A stretch of DNA of 39,381 bases from Alphaproteobacteria bacterium. Its GTDB lineage: Bacteria; Pseudomonadota; Alphaproteobacteria; Rs-D84. The notes beneath the pieces were generated by a model. The model worked only from the letters and a program-made list of their open reading frames with translations. It did no database searches and was not told the origin of the DNA. Positions 39,132 through 39,381 of the stretch are shown piece by piece. Each line of letters opens with the position of its first letter. Position 1 is the stretch's first letter. Location: contig JAVBPX010000011.1 in assembly GCA_031549365.1 (NCBI GenBank), forward strand, positions 1-39,381. The letters run 5' to 3'. Made by a program: the position numbers and the translations under genes.

Positions 39132-39381
39132 GTCATTCTGGGGCATATTCGAAAGAATCCTGTAAAAAACCATCGCAACACAATGTATTATGTCATTACT
39201 CAGGAATCACGTCCCTGCGGCAATCTTTATCTCGGCGAAACAACGTGCAGATGGATCATTGCAATTAAAACCCATCTCGCCCCAACGGGGAGAGATAATA
39301 AAACATATGATCTTCGATCATCATGTTTTATAGAGAGGGGGAAAATAAACCATTGCGACAGCAACTTTTTATTGTCATCCC
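39131..39381 (+). repeat. mosaic repeat cluster including the right 141-bp terminal direct repeat (39241-39381)
   Basis: Family A copies at 39131, 39191 and 39373; GCGGCAATCTTTATCTCGGCGA shared with 11009-11030; family E element. Confidence 0.93.

Overview
This 39.4-kb window is an AT-rich chromosomal segment from a bacterium, inferred to be an alphaproteobacterium (alpha-type AddB C-terminus, alpha-type HTH repressor) and probably a host-associated lineage. It carries mostly housekeeping genes in scrambled operons (tRNA-Gln, kefB/C-like, clpP, clpX, tyrS, lepA, topA, engB, rsmI, lpoA-like, rpmH, infA, rbfA, rnpA, yidD, xth, addB, cvpA, mlaE, mlaF, mlaC, gyrA, sufD-like, ychF), plus a SET-domain gene, an arginase and several orphans. 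The unusual content is intergenic: at least four families of palindromic repeats, each in one fixed orientation. Family B is an ERIC/RPE-like ~125-bp hairpin fused to stop codons of minus-strand genes, with copy-specific compensatory stems. Family C is an unrecognised two-stem motif with near-invariant CG / CCGTGACA junctions, arranged as a ~116-bp tandem array that brackets the arginase gene. Family A is TGTCA-led hairpins and family E is a ~100-bp double hairpin. The window also holds a divergent repressor plus two-gene module resembling a GTA/prophage regulatory switch, a promoter-driven orphan sRNA candidate, several apparently leaderless genes, and an exact 141-bp direct repeat at both ends. 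All protein calls come from motif recognition by eye; no database search was run.
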